Positions 34,560 to 42,392 of a stretch of DNA of 64,000 nucleotides are shown piece after piece. The notes under the pieces are model-generated. The model saw only the letters and a program-made list of their open reading frames with translations. It did no database searches and was not told the DNA's origin. Position numbers and translations under genes: made by a program. Position 1 is the first letter of the stretch; every line of letters starts with the position of its first letter. Origin of the DNA: Clostridia bacterium. GTDB lineage: Bacteria > Bacillota > Clostridia > Oscillospirales > CAG-272. Location: the NCBI GenBank assembly GCA_017621695.1, contig JAGASP010000068.1:3858-67857 (forward strand), read 5' to 3'.

Positions 34560-36140
34560 TTATGTTGCCAGACCGCCGTTTGCAATATAATCTGCCAAGA
34601 GGTCTCTCGCGTATATGCCCGGTGTATAGCGCTCCACGACGGTGAGCCTGTTGGGGGCATAGGAGGAACAGTAAGTATCGGTCACGATGTAATAGGTGCC
34701 ATTGGGATCAATGCGGCTAATGATATCACTCTCGTACTCACGTCCGTAATTTACATAGTAATTATCGTTTGTGGTATTGATAAATCGCGAGAGAAGATCC
34801 CGTCCCTTGATGGAACAGAGCACCAGATCGTTGTCAAAGGGGAAGATGGACTGCAGAGTTCCGTAGGATACCTCGCCCACGCTGAGCTCATAAGGGCTTC
34901 TGACTGAAATAAAGCCGCCGCCCAGCACGATATCATAGGCGTCGTTCCAAGCCTCCACACCGGCATTGTAGTAAAGCTCGGCTATAAGATTTCTGAGATA
35001 GGTGCTGTTTCTGTGTTTCGCGTTATATCCCACGGTGCGCAGCGCGTTGCTGATCTGATCGTGATACTTCTCCAAAAGCTCGTCTACGACAGGGTCTTTG
35101 TCCTGACTTGCATATTTGCCGGCCTCCACGTATTCTGCCGTGTTGAGATGCTGATATCCGTTGGCGATGTTGAGCTGAATCTCGGCGTGGGACAGTCCCT
35201 TGTTGTCGCCACCTGCTTGCAGATGGTGAACGCCGTAGGTGTCGCGCAGGACATAACGCTGGTGGGTGTGACCCTCGAAGACCAGATCGACATAGCCGTC
35301 GGACAGGGCGGTGTCATAATAGGAGGAGAGAGCGGTGGAGGATACCGAGGTAGCAGCGCCGTAAGAGCTCTTTCCGTAGCCGTCATGGATGACATATACG
35401 ATGATATCGGCACCCTGGTTACGCAAACGTTCGGATTCTGCCTTGACAAGAGACGTCAGCTGGCTACCCGTGATAAAATAAATATCCTCGGTCTTGTCTC
35501 CCGAAATAGAGGAATAGCAGTCGCCCATCGCGCCGATGATGCCGACCTGTACCTTTCCCTTGTCGATGAGCACAGAGGGCTGACAGTAGTCTACGGGGGT
35601 GTTGTCTGCGCGCTCGTAAATGTTGATGGCGAGGAAGGGAAAATCAGCAAAGCTTTCGTTTTCCTTGATGGCATCCTCTCCCCAGTCATATTCGTGGTTG
35701 CCGAGCACCATAGCGTCAAAATCCATCTGTCCCATCCAGTCGGTGATGATCAAACCGTTTGTGTTGTTGGATTCGGGGCTGCCTTGCCACATATCGCCCG
35801 CGGACAGGAGGAAGGAATATTCGTCGGCGGCGCGTGCGGCCTTGAGATAGGTGGACATTTCGTCAAGCCCGATGTGGTTTTCGCCGTCGGCCAGCTTGCC
35901 GTGCAGATCGTTGAGCGCGTAGAAGTCCAGCGTGACGATCACGTATTCGTTGCAGGTGTCGCAGTAGCCGTCGTTGCCTTCGTCTGTATGCGCATCGTCG
36001 GCGCAGGAGGGGAGAGAGGGGGCGGTTGTGGATTCCTCTGTGGGAGGCGTTGTTTCGGTCTCTCCGCCTGCGGGAGGATACTGACAGCCCTTTAAGGTGA
36101 ATATCAGCGAGAGGATGAGTAGCAGCAGTTGCTTTTTCAT
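34560..36140 (-). CDS. Bifunctional metallophosphatase/5'-nucleotidase lipoprotein (UshA/CpdB-like)
   Basis: ATG 36140 gives lipoprotein signal MKKQLLLLILSLIFTLKGC. Metallophosphatase motifs are NDLHGK, SAGDMWQGS, GNHEYDWG and EGHTHQ. A C-terminal 5'-nucleotidase domain follows. Confidence 0.85.
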   Translation of the reverse strand: MKKQLLLLILSLIFTLKGCQYPPAGGETETTPPTEESTTAPSLPSCADDAHTDEGNDGYCDTCNEYVIVTLDFYALNDLHGKLADGENHIGLDEMSTYLKAARAADEYSFLLSAGDMWQGSPESNNTNGLIITDWMGQMDFDAMVLGNHEYDWGEDAIKENESFADFPFLAINIYERADNTPVDYCQPSVLIDKGKVQVGIIGAMGDCYSSISGDKTEDIYFITGSQLTSLVKAESERLRNQGADIIVYVIHDGYGKSSYGAATSVSSTALSSYYDTALSDGYVDLVFEGHTHQRYVLRDTYGVHHLQAGGDNKGLSHAEIQLNIANGYQHLNTAEYVEAGKYASQDKDPVVDELLEKYHDQISNALRTVGYNAKHRNSTYLRNLIAELYYNAGVEAWNDAYDIVLGGGFISVRSPYELSVGEVSYGTLQSIFPFDNDLVLCSIKGRDLLSRFINTTNDNYYVNYGREYESDIISRIDPNGTYYIVTDTYCSSYAPNRLTVVERYTPGIYARDLLADYIANGGLAT

Positions 36141-36225
36141 GTATGGATACCTCGAATGTTCAAAGTGCATATATTATAGCATGAAGTGCGGAAATTGTCA
36201 ACAATAGAAGGTGAAGGGAGCAAAT

Positions 36226-36262
36226 AAAAACCTCCTCGTGATGGTGAGAGATCACGGGGAGG
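36226..36262 (-). terminator. Intrinsic terminator after rpsT
   Basis: Minus strand reads CCTCCCCGTGAT-loop-ATCACGAGGAGG followed by TTTTTATTT. Confidence 0.65.
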
Positions 36263-36292
36263 CTTTTATGGTTTGTTTCAAATGGCCATGAA

Positions 36293-36559
36293 TTATGCGT
36301 TCATTCCGTTGAGAGCCTTGGTGAAAGCACTCTTCTTGTGAGCTGCACAGTTCTTGTGGATGATGCCCTTGGAAGCGGCAACGTCAATCTTCTTGACAGC
36401 AGCCTTGTACAGCACTTGAGCGGTGGCGATATCACCAGCGGCAACAGCTGCCTCATACTTCTTGACAACAGTCTTCATCTGAGAACGGAACATCTTGTTC
36501 TGAAGGGTCTTGGTTTCGGTAACCTTTACACGCTTCTTTGCAGACTTAATATTAGGCAT
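36293..36559 (-). CDS. rpsT: 30S ribosomal protein S20
   Basis: 88 aa: MPNIKSAKKRVKVTETKTLQNKMFRSQMKT... Confidence 0.93.
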   Translation of the reverse strand: MPNIKSAKKRVKVTETKTLQNKMFRSQMKTVVKKYEAAVAAGDIATAQVLYKAAVKKIDVAASKGIIHKNCAAHKKSAFTKALNGMNA

Positions 36560-36648
36560 GTCTTCTACCTCCTATTACAGCGAAATAATTATGTTCCAAC
36601 CCTACCTCATATGAGAGGGTATGCGGCAAGGCTCACATATACTCCTAT

Positions 36649-36677
36649 ATCATATCACAAATTCTCTTGAAATGCAA
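36649..36677 (-). promoter_or_regulatory. Candidate sigma-A promoter of rpsT
   Basis: Minus strand reads TTGCAT - 17 nt - TATGAT with a TGn extension, about 90 nt upstream of the rpsT ATG. Confidence 0.4.
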
Positions 36678-36784
36678 GAGCTTTTTCAAAGTTTTCTTGA
36701 AAAATTTGCACATCTCTCACGCTTCTTTTTGGGCAAATTGCCCATAAATTCGTGATACAGGATCGGATGGGAGCAAAAACCGAA

Positions 36785-37864
36785 TCAAAGCTCGATCAGC
36801 TCCTTGGGGCTTTGGGTGAAATCGTGGATGGTGCCGTCGGCAAGAACGGTGACCATATCTTCGATACGGCAACCATATTTGCCCTCAATATAGATGCCGG
36901 GCTCGACCGTGACCACGTGGCCGGGGAGAAGCAGCTCGCTTTCTGCCGATGCGGGGGAGAGACGGGGCGTTTCGTGGATGAAAAGTCCCACGCCGTGACC
37001 GAGGCTGTGTCCGAAGCATCCCTTGTAGCCGGCGTTTTCAATGATATCGCGAGCAACCTTGTCGGCATCGAAGCACTTCATGCCTGCGCGCAGCGCGTCA
37101 ATGGCGGAGGTCTGCGCGAGTAGGACGGTGTTGTAGAGGCGCTTCATTTCCTCGTCGGCCTTACCGATGACCACGGTACGGGTCATGTCCGAGCAATAGC
37201 CGTCCACACGCGCGCCGAAGTCCATGGTGAAAAATCCCTTTTCCAGCTTGACATCACGGGGGGTACCGTGGGGGCGGGAGGAATTGGTGCCTGATACTGC
37301 GATGGTCTCAAAGGCGGTTCCCTCCGAGCCGTGGGCGCGCATGAAAAACTCCAGCTCCAGAGCCACCTCGATCTCGGTGCGGTCGGGTGTGATAAAATTC
37401 AGGATATGCGCAAAGGCGGCATCGGTGACAGCCTGCGCGCGGGTCATGGCGGCGATCTCGTCCTCGTCCTTGTAAAGACGAAGTGCATCCAGTATGGCCG
37501 ATGCACCACTGAGAATGGTCACACCTTCAAAGCTCTCGCAAAGGCGGGTATACAGGGCGTAGGAAGCCTCAGATTCCTCAAAGGTGAGGACTTTGATACC
37601 GTGATTTGTCAGAAGCTTTTGGATGTATGCAAACATACGGGTGTCGGGCAGGACGACCTGACATTCCTCCTGATTGACAACCGTGCGCGCGGCCTCAATA
37701 TATCGAAAGTCCGTAATCAGATAGGCCGCGTCGGGCAGGACGAGCATATAGCCGTCGGTATAGGAAAAGCCTGAGAGATAACGCTGGTTGATCTCGGAGG
37801 ACACGAGAATGGCTTCGGTGCTCTTTTCCTTCATGGTGGATTGGAGCTTGGAAAGATGGGACAT
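36785..37864 (-). CDS. Xaa-Pro aminopeptidase / M24-family metallopeptidase
   Basis: The ORF-track start at 37945 lies inside the heptamer element. GGAGAT RBS plus ATG 37864 gives MSHLSKLQS. M24 metal-ligand motifs are DFGARVDGYCSDMTR, HSLGHGVGLFIHE, VTVEPGIY and RIED. Confidence 0.85.
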   Translation of the reverse strand: MSHLSKLQSTMKEKSTEAILVSSEINQRYLSGFSYTDGYMLVLPDAAYLITDFRYIEAARTVVNQEECQVVLPDTRMFAYIQKLLTNHGIKVLTFEESEASYALYTRLCESFEGVTILSGASAILDALRLYKDEDEIAAMTRAQAVTDAAFAHILNFITPDRTEIEVALELEFFMRAHGSEGTAFETIAVSGTNSSRPHGTPRDVKLEKGFFTMDFGARVDGYCSDMTRTVVIGKADEEMKRLYNTVLLAQTSAIDALRAGMKCFDADKVARDIIENAGYKGCFGHSLGHGVGLFIHETPRLSPASAESELLLPGHVVTVEPGIYIEGKYGCRIEDMVTVLADGTIHDFTQSPKELIEL

Positions 37865-37905
37865 GGTAATATCTCCTTGTTGTTGAATATTGTGAGGGGA
37901 TGAGG

Positions 37906-37997
37906 AGATACAGAGATACGAGATACAAGATACGGTTGTGGCCATATCTTGTATCTGCCGAGCTTGCTCGGCGCGTATCTTTGTATCCTGTATCTTA
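37906..37997. repeat. AGATACA-heptamer palindromic element, copy A
   Basis: Four AGATAC units lie at 37906, 37914, 37921 and 37928. A 12-nt spacer follows, then inverted TATCTTGTATCT, giving a 12-bp perfect stem (37921-37932 with 37945-37956). Next is the GC palindrome GCCGAGC-TT-GCTCGGC (37957-37972). Three more GTATC(T/C) units then run into the TAA stop of the upstream minus-strand gene. Confidence 0.85.
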
Positions 37998-39986
37998 CAT
38001 TTCGACTACTGCCATCGCCGAGCAAGAGAATCCCGGCACGGTATAGGTCACGCGGCCACCCTCATAGACAAAAGGCAGATCCGTCATAGCAGGGGCGAGA
38101 TACACCCGCTTGGGAGCGGAGGGCGTGGCCAGTGAACAGGTCACGTCGGGGGTAAAGGGCAGATCCTCAATGATCTCTGTGCCGCCGCCCCGCACCTTGG
38201 GGATGGCGTAGACCAGTTGGTGGATGAGCTGAGTGCCGTTTTCGGTTTCCTTGACTGCCACCGAGGTCACGCCGCAGGAGGGCAGGGAGGTGGTGAGGGT
38301 CTTGTCCTCCCCAAGCAGGCGGTCGATGATATCCAGCACCGCGTACTTGACGTGCACCGAGCCCTTGTCCGCATACTCGGTGAAGATGTCCCAGCCAATA
38401 TATCCGATCTGAGCAGTCACAAGAGCGGCGGGTGCGGTCTTGTCACGGTCGTAGGGGGTGTGCTGGTGAGAGCAGAAGCGGCGGGGGGCTCGGTTGAAGT
38501 AGGCGTCTACTTTGAGGTCGCGAACCTCACCGTCAAAGCCCTCGCGGAGGGACACATCGTAGTTGCGACTGTAGGTGACGTAGCTGGTCTGTCCGTTGGG
38601 CTCAAGATCGAAGCAGGGGCGCAGGTAGGCGGGGCGGTACTGCCCCTCGCCAACGAAATCCACGCCGAAGTCAAAGATGAACTTACCCTCACAGGTACCC
38701 GACTTGCCCGTGAGCAGGAGCTTGCCGCCCTTTGCGAGATACTCGTTCAGGCGGTCGCGGAGGTCGCCCGCAGGGATCTCCACGGTGTCGGGGAGGATGA
38801 GGAGGCGGTACTTGGAAAAATCGGCCTCGGGATCGAGGATATCGTAGAGGTAATGCCCCTCCAGCATGATACGGTTGGCGCCCAGATCCTGCTTGATCCC
38901 GTCGGGGAGAGCATCGGGACAGACATTACGGAAATTCTCGGCGGAAAGCAGACCGATATCGGCGGTGAGACGAGAGCCCATCAGCCAAGGCTCACGAGTC
39001 TCTACCTCGGCGTATGCCGCACCGATGAGACGGTAAGTGGCAAGATCAAACTCGCCGTCGGGGTGGAGCTGATCGCCCACCGAGCAACGCGCACCGCAGG
39101 CGTTGGCCAGAGCCGCCTCGTAGCGCAGGGCGTTCGGGTGCTTGAAGCCGCCGAACTCTCCCCAGGTGGTGTGGAACTTGCCCGTCATACCCAAGAAATC
39201 ACGGCCGAGGGTGCGTGCATAAGCTGCAGCGCGTGGGAAATGATCGTAGCCCCAGCCGCCCGTGGGGAGGGACTCCAGCTCGAAGTGACCCTGATTGCGG
39301 AACGCGATATCCCGCCCTTGAAAAATGGCACCGCCGTCGTTATGGATGATGGGCAGTCCCGGAATGATGCGCTCCACGGTTTCAGCCACGCGGCTCGTGT
39401 ATTTGTCATAGACCACGCGGGCGTACTTCCACGCATCGGCGTCGCTGTCGGGGTTAAGTCCCATCTCGGACATACCCTTGACACAATCGGGACACCAGCA
39501 GGGAACCATGCCGATGATGTCGAGGAACAGACCGTCAAACCGCCCCTTGTAGCGGGTCAGCATCTCTTCGATCTCTCGGGTGAGCTGGTCGAGGTAGGCG
39601 GTGTTGAAGCAGAGACGGTGGTAGCCCGCCTCGGTATCAAAATTGCCGCCGTAGCCGTTCTTGTCGCGTCGCAGATGCTCGGGGTGACGGATCGCATACT
39701 GCTCCGCAAGCCCTGCGGAAATGTAGATCTCGGTACGCACTCCCAGCTCCTCGCAGACAGCCAACTGCTCATCCAAAAGGTCACAGCACAAGTGGGGATG
39801 CGGAAGATTGACCTTGGTGGGATGGTAGGACCAACCGTGGTGGCACTTGGAAAACAGAGTGATCGAATTGACGTGCCCCGCTTGCAGAGCCGCCTTGAAA
39901 TTCTCGCGGGAGAAGCGAGAGCCGATGCCCTCGATGCACTCCGAGGTGTGAAAATCGAGGTGAACTTGACGGTAGGGAAGGGACAT
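37995..39986 (-). CDS. Putative glycoside hydrolase, GH42-like (beta-galactosidase trimerisation-domain family)
   Basis: 663 aa. N-terminus MSLPYRQVHLDFHTSE ... ITLFSKCHHGWSYHPT is TIM-barrel-like. The central region LLILPDT ... GGKLLLTG resembles the GH42 trimerisation domain. Specificity unknown; family assignment is from recollection. Confidence 0.6.
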   Translation of the reverse strand: MSLPYRQVHLDFHTSECIEGIGSRFSRENFKAALQAGHVNSITLFSKCHHGWSYHPTKVNLPHPHLCCDLLDEQLAVCEELGVRTEIYISAGLAEQYAIRHPEHLRRDKNGYGGNFDTEAGYHRLCFNTAYLDQLTREIEEMLTRYKGRFDGLFLDIIGMVPCWCPDCVKGMSEMGLNPDSDADAWKYARVVYDKYTSRVAETVERIIPGLPIIHNDGGAIFQGRDIAFRNQGHFELESLPTGGWGYDHFPRAAAYARTLGRDFLGMTGKFHTTWGEFGGFKHPNALRYEAALANACGARCSVGDQLHPDGEFDLATYRLIGAAYAEVETREPWLMGSRLTADIGLLSAENFRNVCPDALPDGIKQDLGANRIMLEGHYLYDILDPEADFSKYRLLILPDTVEIPAGDLRDRLNEYLAKGGKLLLTGKSGTCEGKFIFDFGVDFVGEGQYRPAYLRPCFDLEPNGQTSYVTYSRNYDVSLREGFDGEVRDLKVDAYFNRAPRRFCSHQHTPYDRDKTAPAALVTAQIGYIGWDIFTEYADKGSVHVKYAVLDIIDRLLGEDKTLTTSLPSCGVTSVAVKETENGTQLIHQLVYAIPKVRGGGTEIIEDLPFTPDVTCSLATPSAPKRVYLAPAMTDLPFVYEGGRVTYTVPGFSCSAMAVVEM

Positions 39987-40014
39987 AACGGGAAGCTCCT
40001 TTCAGTTTTTGGAA

Positions 40015-40166
40015 AGATATGAGATATAAGATACGAGATACAAGATACACGATACAAGATACAAGATACGAGATACAAGATATGGGGGGATGTATGAGGT
40101 TGAGTATATCTTGTATCTTGTATCTTGTATCCGCCGGGCTTGCACGGCGTGTATCTTGTATCTTTA
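40015..40166. repeat. AGATACA-heptamer palindromic element, copy B (expanded)
   Basis: About ten tandem AGATA(C/T)N heptamers span 40015-40083. A spacer of about 21 nt follows. Four inverted units (TATATCT TGTATCT TGTATCT TGTATC) lie at 40105-40131. These could form a 26-bp stem with one mismatch. Next is the GC palindrome CGCCG-GGCTTGCA-CGGCG (40132-40149). TGTATCTTGTATCTTTA then ends at the stop codon of the kinase gene. Architecture and orientation match copy A. Confidence 0.85.
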
Positions 40167-41054
40167 CCTGTACCACGCGGGTACGGGATTTTTCATGTTG
40201 TTATACCAAGCCAGCACGTCCCCTGCCTGCTTCAGCATGGTCTGCACCTCCCCCTCTCCGAAGGGAATCGCCCACGGGATTGAGGAGAGCATATTACTGC
40301 TGATGTACAGCGCAAGGAGCCGCCAAAACGCCATGGGTGCGGCGGTAGTCTCATCCACCCCGAAGTAGCCGTCCACCAGCCCCGTGGCGAAGATGGGAGC
40401 GGCCTGGGCGCACCAAACGATGCGGTTGAACTCCTCCCATGGGTCGCCGAAGTCGTAGCGGTCGAAGTCGATGATGACGACCTTGGGCTCCGATTCCGCG
40501 TCGGTCAGCATCATGTTGCCGATGTGGTAGTCCCCGTGCTGAAAGGTCTGGGGGCGGTCGCGGAGCAGATGTCGGTTGTCCTCAATGTAGCGCAGGAGGT
40601 AACGGTCGCCCTCAAAATGAATGGGACAGCCGGTGTACATTCTGATCTTGCGGTTAATCTTGGCGTTGAAGCGGGCCTCCCAATCGGGCTGATCGGGCGG
40701 CGCGGGAATGGAATGGATGCGGGTGAGATACGCTCCCGCGTCACGGCCCAAGCGATACTGCACCTCGGTGGGTAGGGTGGGGACGTTCGGCTCGGCGTCC
40801 ACGCCGTCGATCCATGTGTGGATCGCATAGATCCCTTCGTCGCATTCCCCGATGGCCACGGGACGGCACATGGGAATCCCCGTGGCGGCCACGGTCTTCT
40901 GGAGGTCGAAGAGATTTGCGAAACGGTCACCCCGCTCGCGGGCGGTGATGCGGAGAAAATAGGGGGTGCCGTCGGCGGTGACGGCGCGGTATTTGCGATC
41001 CCCCGACCAGCCGTAATCGATGGGGGTGAGAGATACAAAATCGGTGAGTTTCAT
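40164..41054 (-). CDS. Phosphotransferase-family kinase (APH/choline-kinase-like fold)
   Basis: 296 aa. Catalytic loop is HGDYHIGNMML (HxDxxxxN). The DFG-equivalent is VIIDFDRYDFGDPWEEF. Confidence 0.8.
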   Translation of the reverse strand: MKLTDFVSLTPIDYGWSGDRKYRAVTADGTPYFLRITARERGDRFANLFDLQKTVAATGIPMCRPVAIGECDEGIYAIHTWIDGVDAEPNVPTLPTEVQYRLGRDAGAYLTRIHSIPAPPDQPDWEARFNAKINRKIRMYTGCPIHFEGDRYLLRYIEDNRHLLRDRPQTFQHGDYHIGNMMLTDAESEPKVVIIDFDRYDFGDPWEEFNRIVWCAQAAPIFATGLVDGYFGVDETTAAPMAFWRLLALYISSNMLSSIPWAIPFGEGEVQTMLKQAGDVLAWYNNMKNPVPAWYR

Positions 41055-41088
41055 GATGTGTTTGTCGCGTAGTGCGTGTTGGAAATGT

Positions 41089-41117
41089 TTGACAATATGG
41101 GTGAATTGTGATATAAT
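41089..41117 (+). promoter_or_regulatory. Consensus sigma-A promoter of the small-peptide (toxin) transcript
   Basis: TTGACA (41089-41094) - 17 nt - TATAAT (41112-41117) with a TGn extension. This implies a 5' UTR of about 118 nt. Confidence 0.6.
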
Positions 41118-41241
41118 GTCAAACGGATACTGAAAGGTGTCCCGTAGGAGTTGCCTTAAATGGTGTGCGGTCGCTGCCTCCCTTCAGAGGAAGTCGAAAT
41201 CTTTTTCCTTCCTCAATGTCAGCATGGAGGGAGGTGATCGA

Positions 41242-41340
41242 ATGGACTTTGTTACATGGAGCGAGCTCATCTATCTTTTGATCGAACTCGTAACGTTAGC
41301 ATTTGTTATTCTGTCTTACTTAAACAGTAAAAAAAGATAA
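41242..41340 (+). CDS. 32-aa hydrophobic peptide, Hol-Tox-like candidate type I toxin
   Basis: MDFVTWSELIYLLIELVTLAFVILSYLNSKKR has one TM helix and a basic tail. GGAGGGAGGTG RBS at 41226-41236. The 67-aa form in the ORF track is an upstream extension without an RBS. A terminator follows immediately. Confidence 0.55.
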   Translation: MDFVTWSELIYLLIELVTLAFVILSYLNSKKR

Positions 41341-41410
41341 CCGCCCCTCTTCCAAAAGCGCGGTTATCTTTTAATCGTCCGAGGAAGTGACCGTTGCCGG
41401 TAGCTCCTAC
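41329..41410 (-). ncRNA. Candidate antisense sRNA (type I antitoxin), about 80 nt
   Basis: Predicted from the minus-strand promoter at 41417-41445 and the bidirectional terminator. It overlaps the last codons and terminator of the toxin mRNA. It also contains ACTTCCTC, which is complementary to GAGGAAGT (41187-41194) in the toxin 5' UTR. Confidence 0.35.
41336..41372. terminator. Bidirectional intrinsic terminator shared by toxin mRNA and antisense RNA
   Basis: GATAACCGC - 15 nt - GCGGTTATC. It is flanked by A7 (41329-41335) on one side and TTTT (41369-41372) on the other, so a U-run follows the hairpin on both strands. It overlaps the toxin stop codon. Confidence 0.65.
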
Positions 41411-41416
41411 GCCTTT

Positions 41417-41445
41417 ATGATACCACACTTTGCTTGGTTTGTCAA
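41417..41445 (-). promoter_or_regulatory. Sigma-A promoter facing the 3' end of the toxin gene
   Basis: Minus strand reads TTGACA (41440-41445) - 17 nt - TATCAT (41417-41422) with a TGn extension. No ORF lies downstream before the terminator. Confidence 0.5.
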
Positions 41446-41496
41446 TACTTTTTCGGAATTTTTCACGGCGGCGGGGATGCCGCTTTTTTGTTTGTC

Positions 41497-42369
41497 TTAT
41501 TCGCCCCTGCGCTCTGTCCAATACTTCTTCATCGCCAGCGCGTCCTCGGCCATGGTGCCGTCCGACTCGCAGATGATGCGGGGGCAGAGGTTGTCCATAA
41601 TGATGGCCTCCATCAGCGGCTCGAACTCGGGGCCGTAAACCGTATCCTCAAAGGTGACGTGGCGCTTTTCCCCTGCGTCGGTAAACTCGATCTTGGAAAA
41701 ATGGCAATGGAGATGGGTGGCGTACTCGTCGCCCAGCCTCTCCGCGATGGTGTGGAAGACCCGACGGTAGCTGTCACGGTCGGGGAACTGACCGCCCACC
41801 CCTCTCGCGTTGAGGTGGCCGAAATCCACCACGGGATGGAAGTGGGGATCCACCTTGCACTGCTCGATGACCTCGTCCAGAGTGCCCAGCTGGTTGCGCT
41901 TGCCCATGGTCTCGATGCCGAGACGGATGGGGGTGTCCCCCACGGTCTCCATGAGGCGGGCGAGGGTGCCGCAGGACAGGAGCATGGCCTCCTCACGGGA
42001 GATCTTGCCCGCGCTGCCGCTGTGGATGACGATGGTATCCGCGCCCAAAAGTTCGGCCGCCCACAGGGATTTTTGAATATAACCAATGCTGTTATTGCGT
42101 TTTTCTTCCTCTACCGAGGACAGGGAGATGAAGTAGGGCGCGTGGAGGGACATGAGGATGCCGTGCTCTCGGGCCTTCTGCCCGATGGCAAAAAGCGCAC
42201 CCTCGCCTGCCATGATGCCCTTGCCTGCTTCGTATTCGTAGGCGTCGAGGCCTTTGGACTTCAGCCAGCCGGGGGCTTGGACGGTGGCCTTCCCGCCCTC
42301 TTGCTTGAACCATTCCCCGTTGCCACCGGGGCCGAAGGTAGGGGTGGTGATTTGATTCCAATCCATCAT
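41497..42369 (-). CDS. AP-endonuclease-family-2 / xylose-isomerase-like TIM-barrel protein (endonuclease IV-related)
   Basis: The ORF-track start is TTG 42399. AAGGAG plus 6 nt favours ATG 42369 (MMDWNQ...). Metal-site-like motifs are LHAPYFISLSS, IVIHSGS, IETMG, DFGHLNA, HCHFS and CESD. Confidence 0.7.
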   Translation of the reverse strand: MMDWNQITTPTFGPGGNGEWFKQEGGKATVQAPGWLKSKGLDAYEYEAGKGIMAGEGALFAIGQKAREHGILMSLHAPYFISLSSVEEEKRNNSIGYIQKSLWAAELLGADTIVIHSGSAGKISREEAMLLSCGTLARLMETVGDTPIRLGIETMGKRNQLGTLDEVIEQCKVDPHFHPVVDFGHLNARGVGGQFPDRDSYRRVFHTIAERLGDEYATHLHCHFSKIEFTDAGEKRHVTFEDTVYGPEFEPLMEAIIMDNLCPRIICESDGTMAEDALAMKKYWTERRGE

Positions 42370-42392
42370 AATGAGCTCCTTTCGGGAGAATT

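Noticed and set aside
38217-40022. 601-aa plus-strand ORF
   Set aside because: It is antisense to the GH42-like hydrolase gene. It has no RBS or motifs, and its end runs through the heptamer repeat.
37906-40166. Possibility that the AGATACA arrays are CRISPR arrays
   Set aside because: The unit is only 7 bp and directly tandem, with no spacers. The arrays are internally inverted. No cas genes are nearby.
41137-41241. 67-aa version of the small ORF starting at GTG 41137
   Set aside because: There is no RBS at 41137. A strong GGAGGGAGGTG site precedes ATG 41242, and the upstream part is better explained as a structured 5' UTR.
41467-41489. Short hairpin GCGGC-GGGGAT-GCCGC followed by T6 on the plus strand
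   Set aside because: The stem is only 5 bp. It lies downstream of an already strong terminator and upstream of the antisense promoter. It lacks a U-run on the minus strand, so it is not a convincing terminator for the TIM-barrel gene either.
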